Origin: an uncultured Eudoraea sp.
Lineage (GTDB): Bacteria; Bacteroidota; Bacteroidia; Flavobacteriales; Flavobacteriaceae
Assembly: GCA_964636005.1 (NCBI GenBank)
Contig: CAZWPZ010000044.1
Span: forward strand, 9,694 to 73,693
Direction of reading: 5' to 3'
Length of the DNA: 64,000 nucleotides
Part shown: piece by piece, positions 20,658-29,604 of the stretch
How positions within the stretch are numbered: position 1 is the first letter of the stretch
Layout: each line of letters begins with the position of its first letter
The notes under the pieces: model-generated
Seen by the model: only the letters and a program-made list of their open reading frames with translations
Told to the model about the DNA's origin: nothing
Databases searched by the model: none
Made by a program: the position numbers and the translations under genes

Positions 20658-23060
20658 ATGGTACTAAAAAGTCTAACGACATATCACCTTACATGGCTCT
20701 TAGATGTGCCAAAGATTCATACAGATCTACTGTGGGATTTTACCTTCTTGTTTGCAGGCTTTGGGCTCTTATACTTCTTTGGTATTTTTTTCTATAAACG
20801 TAAAATCAGGAAGACAGCAGAACTAATTGCTATTCGAAAAAAGGATGTTGCTCCAATGATTTCTACCTTTCTTTTCTATGATTCTAAGGATAGTAAAGAA
20901 GAAAAAAGAAACTACGTTGAACTAAAAATTGCTATTCGGGAACTATTGAAGGATGCCCGTAACAAGCAAGTAATAGCAGAAGTGCTATTGGATCTTCAAA
21001 AGGATGTATCCGGGGATGCTAGGAAAAAAGTGTATGCACTTTACCAGGAACTGGAGTTACATATTGAAGCGATAAAGATGCTTAAAAGCTGGCGATGGGA
21101 AATCGTCTCTAAAGGTATTCTGGAGCTAACACAAATGAGGGTAACCAGTTCTTATGGCTTTATCAAGAAATTTATTAACGACAAAAGGGGTATAATAAGA
21201 AAACAAGCGCAAATTGCTGCGGTAAGCCTTACGCACGAAGGCATTACTTTTTTTCTGGATTCTGCTCGCTATAAAATTTCGGAATGGCAGCAATTAAAAA
21301 TCCTGGAGGTACTACAAAATCTAGAAGGATTTAAACCACCTAGCTTTAAAGCATGGTTAACTTCTGCTAATCGGGATGTTGTTTTGTTTGCCCTCAGGCT
21401 CATAAAACATTACAGTCAAATGGATGCAGGAATGGCAATCATTCCTTTGGTCAGACATAAGAATGATCATATTAAGTCAGAAGCCTTGTTCTGTCTTAAA
21501 GAGTTTCGCATCGTAGAAGCAAAAAAAGTGGTAAAATCCATTTTTCCTAAATGTAAGGTCGAAATTAAAATAATGATACTTGATCTAATTGCACATCTGG
21601 GAGATCAAGACGACCTGAACTTTCTCAATACTCAAAAAAGAAAACAAAACAGTTTTATTGTTAAAAACAAAATTGACAGCGCAATAAATACCATCCAACC
21701 AGGAACAATAGAACCAACAGCAGAAATGGATAAAACTTTAGACGAAGAAACTTATTCCGAGAATGAGCCTAAAGACATTTTGGAAAACCCTGAAGTTATG
21801 AAAGAAACGTCTCCATCAAATCAGAACAATAACTCTAATCCAGATCCAGAGTTCGAGAATACTCAGGAAGAAAATGTAATAAACTCCGAAGAGGTAGAAG
21901 ATGAAGAAATATTTAATCTGTGTTTTAAGGAAGAGCTCGAAGATATTCTCAACGATTATCGTTCAGAATCGGAATCTTATGAGATACTCCCCTTAGACTT
22001 TCTTCCCGTAGTTACGGAAGAGAATGAGCTAATTGTAGAAGAGAGAGACCTTGCTGCAGAAGTGGAGAATGAAACACGTCTCCATTCCGAAAACGAGATG
22101 GAAGATACCCTAGAAGAGGTCCATTTTCAGCTGCAATTGGAAGATCTTTTGGAAGGAATAAAAGGGGAGATAAACGAAGAGGACCTAGTTACAACAGAGG
22201 ATAGGGTTGATGCCTCATTTTTACCGCTTATAACAGAGGAAGAGAGTGAAGAGGTGTCCGAAGACAACATCTGTCTGGAAGATCTATTCGAGTACGAAGT
22301 CTCTTATGAAACCATCGCCCTGGAGGAAGACTATTTTGAAATTTATAAAGACCTTTTAAAGGTAGAATGGGTTCGGAAAGATGAAGATATTTTACCATTT
22401 TCAGATGCACCCATCGACTGGAATGATCTCACACAAAGTGACCAAAGCATAATTAGCAATAAACCACCAATATCAAGTTCAAATATGATGATCACAGAAG
22501 AAAAACCAAAGACAGTTGTTCCCGAATCTACTGAGGAAACTTCTCTTAACTGCTTTAGCATCTTTGCCGAAATGTTCAGAGATAGCGACAAGGAATCAAA
22601 ATTAATTCTACTCGACGAAATTCTCGCAGTGGGAGAAAAAAAAGAATTGGAATTCCTTAAAATCGTCAAGAGAGATAAAGAAAAATCTGTTCGAATAAAA
22701 GCAAATAAAATATTTCTGGAACTGGAGAGAAAACTTAACAAAGAAGAATCAAAAAATGCGGTAAGCGCTGATCAAGTAATCATTACACCATCCCAAACTA
22801 CCATAGACAATACAGCAGTATTGAATAACTCAACTATAGATCAAAGTGTGAATGAACAAGAACAATCGCTTCAGGATTTCTTGGAAATAGAATTTGATCT
22901 GAGTATGGTAGACAAGGAGCTTCCTCATAGTGAAAACACGACTACGGCTGATAAAAATTCCCCGGATAAGACCCCAAATGAAATCAAAAGCAAAACCGAC
23001 AACACACTGCTAGGGAGTATCAAAAGCATTACCCGTAAACTTTTCGATAAAACATCTTAA
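20658..23060 (+). CDS. membrane-anchored HEAT-repeat protein with long acidic disordered region
   Basis: One N-terminal TM (WDFTFLFAGFGLLYFFGIFFY). Helical repeat region at aa 90-340, E/D-rich segment at about aa 355-590, and a second HEAT-like unit at aa 630-690. The start abuts the REC stop. Confidence 0.7.
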   Translation: MVLKSLTTYHLTWLLDVPKIHTDLLWDFTFLFAGFGLLYFFGIFFYKRKIRKTAELIAIRKKDVAPMISTFLFYDSKDSKEEKRNYVELKIAIRELLKDARNKQVIAEVLLDLQKDVSGDARKKVYALYQELELHIEAIKMLKSWRWEIVSKGILELTQMRVTSSYGFIKKFINDKRGIIRKQAQIAAVSLTHEGITFFLDSARYKISEWQQLKILEVLQNLEGFKPPSFKAWLTSANRDVVLFALRLIKHYSQMDAGMAIIPLVRHKNDHIKSEALFCLKEFRIVEAKKVVKSIFPKCKVEIKIMILDLIAHLGDQDDLNFLNTQKRKQNSFIVKNKIDSAINTIQPGTIEPTAEMDKTLDEETYSENEPKDILENPEVMKETSPSNQNNNSNPDPEFENTQEENVINSEEVEDEEIFNLCFKEELEDILNDYRSESESYEILPLDFLPVVTEENELIVEERDLAAEVENETRLHSENEMEDTLEEVHFQLQLEDLLEGIKGEINEEDLVTTEDRVDASFLPLITEEESEEVSEDNICLEDLFEYEVSYETIALEEDYFEIYKDLLKVEWVRKDEDILPFSDAPIDWNDLTQSDQSIISNKPPISSSNMMITEEKPKTVVPESTEETSLNCFSIFAEMFRDSDKESKLILLDEILAVGEKKELEFLKIVKRDKEKSVRIKANKIFLELERKLNKEESKNAVSADQVIITPSQTTIDNTAVLNNSTIDQSVNEQEQSLQDFLEIEFDLSMVDKELPHSENTTTADKNSPDKTPNEIKSKTDNTLLGSIKSITRKLFDKTS

Positions 23061-24487
23061 TGGATAGTGGTGTACTCCATATAATAATAGAGTATCTAAA
23101 CGTAATATTTTTACTGTTTACCACTATACTATTTACCATGTTTAGTGTAATGGCCTATTTATCTACTCGCAACTCCTTACATTATAAACATAAAAATAGT
23201 TTTGTAGATCTGTCTAAAGTCATGGCTTCTCCTATGGCTCCCGGAATTACCATAATAGCACCAGCATTTAATGAGGGGCTAACCATTGTAGAAAATATAA
23301 GGTCCTTGCTTTCTCTGCAATATGTCAACTATGAGGTCATGGTAGTAAACGACGGGAGCAAAGATGATACCCTGGCGAAGATGATTGAGGCATATGACCT
23401 GGTTCCAATAGAGTATACACCCGATCCGGATTGGCGTTCGAAGCCCATACGAGGTGTTTATAAATCTAAACATCGATCTTTTGATAAACTAACCGTAATT
23501 GATAAAGAAAATGGAGGGAAATCGGATGCCCTTAACACAGGTATCCATCTTTCCAGAAATCAATATGTTGGTTGTATTGATGTAGATTGTCTTTTACTTC
23601 CAGACGCATTGTTACACGTGGTAAAATCATTTTACCAAAGAGCAGAGAAAAAAGTTATTGCCGTTGGTGGAGTTATACGTATTGCTAATTCGTGCAGAAT
23701 TGAAGGCGGCATGTTAAAGGAAATTCGACTTCCCAAAAACTGGCTGGCAAAGTTTCAACTTCTAGAATATACCCGATCGTTTCTTCTGGGAAGAATGGCT
23801 TGGGGCAGAATAGACAGTCTCTTAATCATTTCAGGAGCTTTTGGATTCTTCGACAGAGAAATTGCTTTGGAAGTTGGTGGCTATGACACCAATACCGTTG
23901 GAGAAGATATGGAAATCATCTTTAGGATGAGACGTTATATGCACGAAAAAAAGGAGCCTTATACGGTGGAATACATTCCCGATCCCTTGTGTTGGACAGA
24001 AGTTCCAGAAAGTACAAAAATCCTGATAAATCAAAGAGATAGATGGGCTAGGGGGAATCTGGAAACACTGTATAAGCACAAGGACATGTTTTTTAATCCC
24101 AAGTTTGGGAGACTAGGTATGTTGAGCTATCCCTATTGGTTTTTTTATGAATGGATGGCGCCAATATTAGAATTTTTAGGATTCTTTTCGATCATAGCTT
24201 TCTATTTTTTGGGAATATTAAACATTGAATTTTTTATAGCTATAACCTTTATGGTTTATGCCTTTTCTATAATGTTTTCACTATACGCGATATTATGGGA
24301 TGTCTACTCTTACAACCAATATACAAAGACAAAAGACATCCTTATTCTGATTTTCTGTGCATTAATTGAACCCATTAGTTTTCATCCTCTTGTAGTTTGG
24401 TCGGCTATTCGCGGTAATTACAAAAAGCTTTTTAAGATTCAATCCGGCTGGGGTTCTCAGGTGCGAAAAGGATTTGCAAAGACCTAA
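23060..24487 (+). CDS. processive family-2 glycosyltransferase (PgaC/IcaA/BcsA-like polysaccharide synthase)
   Basis: Motifs VNDGSKDD, GCIDVDC, TVGEDME and QRDRWARG (QxxRW). TM helices flank the catalytic domain. TAATG overlap with the upstream gene. Confidence 0.87.
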   Translation: MDSGVLHIIIEYLNVIFLLFTTILFTMFSVMAYLSTRNSLHYKHKNSFVDLSKVMASPMAPGITIIAPAFNEGLTIVENIRSLLSLQYVNYEVMVVNDGSKDDTLAKMIEAYDLVPIEYTPDPDWRSKPIRGVYKSKHRSFDKLTVIDKENGGKSDALNTGIHLSRNQYVGCIDVDCLLLPDALLHVVKSFYQRAEKKVIAVGGVIRIANSCRIEGGMLKEIRLPKNWLAKFQLLEYTRSFLLGRMAWGRIDSLLIISGAFGFFDREIALEVGGYDTNTVGEDMEIIFRMRRYMHEKKEPYTVEYIPDPLCWTEVPESTKILINQRDRWARGNLETLYKHKDMFFNPKFGRLGMLSYPYWFFYEWMAPILEFLGFFSIIAFYFLGILNIEFFIAITFMVYAFSIMFSLYAILWDVYSYNQYTKTKDILILIFCALIEPISFHPLVVWSAIRGNYKKLFKIQSGWGSQVRKGFAKT

Positions 24488-24492
24488 TAAAA

Positions 24493-26856
24493 ATGGAGAA
24501 TAATAGTCAAATAGAAGAAGTAATGCCTCGTAAAACCCTCAAGGATTTTATAAGGCTCATTTTATCCTTTTATGTGGGCTTAATTGCAATTGCTTTATAT
24601 CAAAACACCTATTTATTCTTTAAAGGGGTCTTGTCTGGGATAATAAACAAATCGTTCTTTCTTCTTCTCCTGCACCATAGTGGATTCACCGCATTAATTG
24701 GACTTTTTTTAGCTTTTTTATTTAACTATCTGGAACGAAAGAAGCCAACTTGGGGCTTTAAAGTATGTGGAATTGTATTTTTAGTTATACTTCTTGTGGA
24801 ATGCCTTTTGAGCGACTATTATATCCGAGAATATGATATTTTGGGATCTGGTTTTGTGTCCAGTTATTTTGATCAAACCACGGTTTTGTACTTTATATCG
24901 GCCACCATTATTATTGGCACCCTATCCTATGCAATACTACACTTCTCGTACAAATTTTCTAAGTCGCTCTATCGAACTATCAGTAGAATGTACCCTTTTA
25001 CAATCATATTACTAAGTTTATTTTTAGCTACACTCACCAGTCCGAAAAGACCAGTAAATGAAAATAAAACCCAATATTTGGTAACACATCTGATAAAGGA
25101 GGCTATTGATTTTAATAAGTACAAAGGGACTGTAGAATATCCTTTGCTAAGAGAAAATGTACCAGATTCTAGCCTTGTACCATACTTTAATCTAAAACAA
25201 GAAAAACCAAATATTGTTTTAATTTTGGTTGACGGACTGGGGAATAATTTTTTAGGAAAACAAGCTAAGTATCCGGGATTTACCCCATTTTTAGATTCCC
25301 TGTCTAATAAATCCCTTTACTGGGACCATTTCTTGAGTAATGTCCGGGATAACTATGCTTCCATACCTGGCGTATTGGGTTCTTTACCTTTTGGGAAACA
25401 AGGGCTGACCAATGCAGACAAACTACCTAGAGGGCAAAGTTTAATTAGTATATTAAAAGGGAACGGGTATAAAACAAGTTTTAATTTCGGTGGGAATAGT
25501 GCTTTAAACAAACTTGATAGGTTTTTATTTGATCAGAACGTAGACCATCTTCTTGACGATAAAGGTTTTGGTTCCTCTTACGTAAAACAAGAGGCCGACG
25601 CTGCTGGAATTTCGCTGGGCTATCCAGACAAGGCTCTTTTTTCAAAATGGCTGAAAAACACTTTGCCAGGGAACACCCCACGTTTGGATATTTTTTTAAC
25701 ACTTAGTGGGCACAAACCTTATTTAATACCAGATAAGGCGGTTTATGAGAAGCGTGTAGCATTGCATGTATCTACTGAACTGAAGAATCATTCGCAAAGT
25801 AAATTAATCGCGAATAATAAGGGTCTATTTGGAAGTATGCTATATACCGACGAAGCACTACGCGATTTTTTTAAGGCCTACAAAAAAGATTCCAGTTATC
25901 AGAATACCATCTTTATTATTTCAGGGAGTCATAATACTACAGAACTTCCCGCATCCGATGATATTGAACGATATAGAGTGCCTTTGATTATAAGCAGTCC
26001 TCTTTTAAAAGAATCAGAACATTTTAGTAGTCTAACTTCACATATGGATATTGCCCCATCTCTACTAGGGTTACTGGATATTACTTATGAGGATATAAAT
26101 GTACCTGACGAAATTTCTTGGTTAGGTACTGGCTTAGTACACAAAGACATTTTTAAAACTTCCAAAAAGATTCCCTTATTAAGGAAGAAAAACACGCATA
26201 TTGATTTTATTTCTGGTCACTACTTTATAGGAGACGGGGATTCCTATGAACTATCACCACAATTGGCACAAAATGCTTCTGAAATTCCCGATAAGGTAGA
26301 ACAAGACTTTAATTACTTTAAATCGGTCAATACCTATGTTATAACAAATAATAGAATAATACCACCAGACCCAGGTAGGAATACTGCTATGACAAGCCCA
26401 ACTCCAAGCAAAGAAGAAATCATTTGGATCAATAGTGTATTCAGCGGCAGTAACTACGACAATGCTTACCTAACTGCTAAGGCCTTAGCTTTTGATGGTA
26501 GCAGGGACAAGGCACTTATTCTGGCCAATTATATTCTATCGCAAGTACCCGGACATGTAGACACGGAAATACTCATTGGAAGAATACAAGCATGGGAAGG
26601 TAATTTTAATCAATCCGAAACTATTCTACAAAATGTAATACGCAAATATCCAGTGTATGCCGATGCCTATGCCGCATTACTCGATACGTATTTCTGGTCC
26701 GATCAATTCGATCAATTAAACGAAATAAGACAGCAGTTGTTACGGAATGGAATTGACCATGCAGAAATTTGGGAGAAGCTAGAACGAGCACAGTCAAGGC
26801 AAAAGCAACTACAAAACGAACTAAATAAGGAAGATTCTCAAACACAAACCAGATAA
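24493..26856 (+). CDS. polytopic alkaline-phosphatase-superfamily (sulfatase / LTA-synthase-like) protein with C-terminal TPR
   Basis: About 5 N-terminal TM helices. Sulfatase-type core starts at PNIVLILVDGLGNNFLG. TPR-like tail from about aa 654. Confidence 0.78.
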   Translation: MENNSQIEEVMPRKTLKDFIRLILSFYVGLIAIALYQNTYLFFKGVLSGIINKSFFLLLLHHSGFTALIGLFLAFLFNYLERKKPTWGFKVCGIVFLVILLVECLLSDYYIREYDILGSGFVSSYFDQTTVLYFISATIIIGTLSYAILHFSYKFSKSLYRTISRMYPFTIILLSLFLATLTSPKRPVNENKTQYLVTHLIKEAIDFNKYKGTVEYPLLRENVPDSSLVPYFNLKQEKPNIVLILVDGLGNNFLGKQAKYPGFTPFLDSLSNKSLYWDHFLSNVRDNYASIPGVLGSLPFGKQGLTNADKLPRGQSLISILKGNGYKTSFNFGGNSALNKLDRFLFDQNVDHLLDDKGFGSSYVKQEADAAGISLGYPDKALFSKWLKNTLPGNTPRLDIFLTLSGHKPYLIPDKAVYEKRVALHVSTELKNHSQSKLIANNKGLFGSMLYTDEALRDFFKAYKKDSSYQNTIFIISGSHNTTELPASDDIERYRVPLIISSPLLKESEHFSSLTSHMDIAPSLLGLLDITYEDINVPDEISWLGTGLVHKDIFKTSKKIPLLRKKNTHIDFISGHYFIGDGDSYELSPQLAQNASEIPDKVEQDFNYFKSVNTYVITNNRIIPPDPGRNTAMTSPTPSKEEIIWINSVFSGSNYDNAYLTAKALAFDGSRDKALILANYILSQVPGHVDTEILIGRIQAWEGNFNQSETILQNVIRKYPVYADAYAALLDTYFWSDQFDQLNEIRQQLLRNGIDHAEIWEKLERAQSRQKQLQNELNKEDSQTQTR

Positions 26857-26876
26857 ACAATCAAAAGGGAAGTATA

Positions 26877-28106
26877 GTGATAAAACAATCTGTATTAATG
26901 GTAGTTATATGCTGGATTAACTGCGCCCTAATGGCGCAGGACATGGCCTATAATGGGAATCCGGATAATTCCTTTTTTATCGCTAGAGATTTAGCATTTA
27001 ATGGCGACCATGTTGCAGCGAGAGATACGCTCTCTTTAGTACTCACCAAATACCCAAATTACACAGATGTAAGAAGTCTTTTAGCAAAGACCCATAGCTG
27101 GGATGGCCATTACGACAGGGCGAGAAAAGAGTTTAACAGAATACTTTCCTCGGACAAAAACAATAAAGAGGTTTGGGTAGCGGCAATAAAGAATGAAATC
27201 TATGCAGAAGACTACTATATCGCACTCGGATTAGCCAATAAGAGCCTTATCTATATTAAAAACGATCAGGAATTGAGCGACCTCCAACAACTGGCCTACG
27301 ACAAAATATATAAAAAGCTGGAAGAGGCCGATCTTATCGAATTGTCTAAAAATGAGAAAGAAATAGGAGTCACAAGAAACAAGTTGGGAGTAATCAACTC
27401 ATTAGATGTTTTTGATATAGTGTATGACCCCATGTTTTTTTCTACATTAGAATATACACGGACAACGGAATTGGGAAAGATTATACCAAGAGTTACCTAT
27501 GCCAATAGATTCAATACCAATGGCTTACAATTTGAGGTAGACTTGTATCCAAAAATATCAAAACGCTTATATGCCTACGCTAATTATGGTTACTCAAATC
27601 ATCCAATATTTCCAAAGCACCGTGCGGGCCTAGAACTATATGCCAATTTACCTAATGCCTATGAGGCATCCTTAGGACTTCGGTATTTAGATTTTCAAAC
27701 GAGTGCAGCAACCATACTAACAGGATCTGCAGGTATGTATACCGGCAATTATTATTTTTCCTTAAGACCTTATCTGACTCCGCGAAAGAATGGACCTCTC
27801 GGTGTTTCGGGCAATGTTCTCGCAAGAAAATATCTCAAGACAAAATATAACTATTTAGGAATAAATCTTACCTATGGCTTTACGCCAGAAATAATTCAAC
27901 TTATTTCAAACAGCGATGTGCTATTATCGGAAACACTGCTTTTTGTAGAATCGCAACAGGTATTTGCGGAATACGCATTTCAGGGGAAGCGAAAACTGAA
28001 TCAATATAGGGCCATGCTAGGGCTAACCAGGCAAGAATTTGTTTTTGAAGCAGGAGAGTTTTTCTACGCAATTTCAGCTGGAATTAGGTATGAAACTAAT
28101 TTTTAA
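26877..28106 (+). CDS. TPR + YaiO-like outer-membrane beta-barrel protein
   Basis: Signal peptide, N-terminal TPR, then alternating-hydrophobicity strands. Ends in the aromatic C-terminus RYETNF. GTG start at 26877. Confidence 0.68.
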   Translation: MIKQSVLMVVICWINCALMAQDMAYNGNPDNSFFIARDLAFNGDHVAARDTLSLVLTKYPNYTDVRSLLAKTHSWDGHYDRARKEFNRILSSDKNNKEVWVAAIKNEIYAEDYYIALGLANKSLIYIKNDQELSDLQQLAYDKIYKKLEEADLIELSKNEKEIGVTRNKLGVINSLDVFDIVYDPMFFSTLEYTRTTELGKIIPRVTYANRFNTNGLQFEVDLYPKISKRLYAYANYGYSNHPIFPKHRAGLELYANLPNAYEASLGLRYLDFQTSAATILTGSAGMYTGNYYFSLRPYLTPRKNGPLGVSGNVLARKYLKTKYNYLGINLTYGFTPEIIQLISNSDVLLSETLLFVESQQVFAEYAFQGKRKLNQYRAMLGLTRQEFVFEAGEFFYAISAGIRYETNF

Positions 28107-28250
28107 AGAGCCTTATACCTCCTAAAGAATAGTTTACACAACAAAAAATAAGCGATACACCACAATTTGTTGGAAATGGGTTTCTTAAGAAATATGTTTA
28201 CTAAAGCAATTATTGAAGCCCAAATCTCAATAACGAAAACCAAACTTACC

Positions 28251-28349
28251 ATGTTATACGACACCTACGGGGAGGAATATTTAAACTTCCTTCAAGAATT
28301 AAATGAAATTTTAAGTTTAAACGAATTAGCCGAGGTGGATTATTTATAG
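28251..28349 (+). CDS. small acidic peptide, paralogue 1 (32 aa from ATG 28251; the track gives a 60-aa TTG version from 28167)
   Basis: MLYDTYGEEYLNFLQELNEILSLNELAEVDYL. It shares the Y[LM]NFL[QE][ED]LNEILS core with the next ORF despite many synonymous codon differences. Confidence 0.5.
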   Translation: MLYDTYGEEYLNFLQELNEILSLNELAEVDYL

Positions 28350-28385
28350 TCCATCCGGCTTTTGTTTTATTTAAACCCCTACATT

Positions 28386-28487
28386 ATGGCAAATCAAAAT
28401 CAAGACAACGCGGCGTACATGAATTTTTTGGAAGATCTCAATGAAATTCTTTCAGATTACGAAATCAGCAGACTTAACTGTTCTTAA
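28386..28487 (+). CDS. small acidic peptide, paralogue 2 (33 aa)
   Basis: Hand-translated: MANQNQDNAAYMNFLEDLNEILSDYEISRLNCS. Below the ORF-track cutoff. Confidence 0.5.
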   Translation: MANQNQDNAAYMNFLEDLNEILSDYEISRLNCS

Positions 28488-28501
28488 GAATAAGACATCC
28501 T

Positions 28502-28540
28502 AAAAAGTAAAAACTCGGAAATTATCCGAGTTTTTTTTTT
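28502..28540. terminator. bidirectional rho-independent terminator
   Basis: Stem CTCGGA / TCCGAG (28514-28530) with loop AATTA. An A-rich run lies upstream and a T10 run at 28531-28540. It serves both the plus-strand EPS/peptide operon and minus-strand rpoD. Confidence 0.75.
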
Positions 28541-29402
28541 AACCTAAATAAGTCTTCAAAAGTTTACTTCTTGAATTATGCCTAAGCTTGCGAATTGCTT
28601 TTTCTCTGATCTGCCGAACACGTTCCCGTGTAAGATCAAAAGTCTGCCCAATTTCTGCCAAGGTCATAGATTGTTGGTCTCCAATCCCATAATACAGTTT
28701 TACGACATCTGCCTCTCTTGGGGACAAGGTGTCTAGTGCCCTATTAATTTCTGTATTCAAGGACTGACGCATCAAATCTTTATCTGGTTTGGGTGACTCT
28801 CCAGAGCGCATGACGTCGTATAAATTAGAATCCTCGCCTTCTTTCAGAGGTGCGTCCATAGAAACATGTCTACCAGAGTTTTTTATTGACTGCTTTACTT
28901 CACTAACACTCATTTCTAATTCTTTTGCAATCTCTTCAGCAGAAGGAGGTCTTTCGTGTGCTTGTTCTAGATAGGAAAAAGTCTTCTTAATTTTATTGAT
29001 CGATCCAATCTTATTAAGCGGTAGGCGAACTACTCTGGACTGTTCTGCTAGTGCTTGAAGAATAGACTGCCGAATCCACCAAACGGCATAGGATATAAAT
29101 TTAAACCCTCTTGTCTCGTCAAATCTTTTTGCAGCTTTAACCAAACCTACATTTCCTTCATTTATTAAATCTGGCAATTTTAAACCTTGATTCTGGTATT
29201 GTTTTGCTACGGAGACCACAAATCTCAAATTAGCATTTGTTAGTTTCTCTAGAGCGGCCTGATCACCGGCTCTTATTTTCTGTGCTAATTCTACTTCCTC
29301 ATTTGCAGTAATTAACTCTATTTTGCTGATATCTTGTAGGTATTTGTCCAACGATTTCGATTCTCTGTTGGTTACCTGCTTGATAATCTTAAGTTGCCTC
29401 AT
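28539..29402 (-). CDS. rpoD: RNA polymerase primary sigma factor (Bacteroidota sigma-A type)
   Basis: Region 2 motif [13 protein letters not shown] and region 4.2 motif [27 protein letters not shown]. The start at MRQLKIIKQ (29402) gives 287 aa. Confidence 0.9.
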   Translation of the reverse strand: MRQLKIIKQVTNRESKSLDKYLQDISKIELITANEEVELAQKIRAGDQAALEKLTNANLRFVVSVAKQYQNQGLKLPDLINEGNVGLVKAAKRFDETRGFKFISYAVWWIRQSILQALAEQSRVVRLPLNKIGSINKIKKTFSYLEQAHERPPSAEEIAKELEMSVSEVKQSIKNSGRHVSMDAPLKEGEDSNLYDVMRSGESPKPDKDLMRQSLNTEINRALDTLSPREADVVKLYYGIGDQQSMTLAEIGQTFDLTRERVRQIREKAIRKLRHNSRSKLLKTYLG

Positions 29403-29604
29403 ATAGGATGAATAGGTTTTTAGTTTATAAGTTCTCAGTATAACGCTTTCTCTCGTCTTTTCCAAACCTATTGGTGTATTGTTTTACATAAATTATTAGA
29501 ATATAGATGGATTAACCAGACCGGTTATCTATGGCTTGGAATCTAGATAATATCCTTTTTTCGTGTTCCCATTGGCAGAACAATACTATCTTTAAAACCT
29601 AATT

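Noticed and set aside
28167-28250. The TTG-initiated 60-aa version of the first small peptide ORF.
   Set aside because: The similarity to the second peptide begins only after the internal ATG at 28251, which gives matching lengths of 32 and 33 aa. The upstream 28 codons have no counterpart. I still cannot exclude the longer form.
29403-29465. A 21-codon N-terminal extension of rpoD in the ORF track.
   Set aside because: The start at MRQLKIIKQ gives the 287-aa size typical of Bacteroidota sigma-A. The extension has no conserved character.
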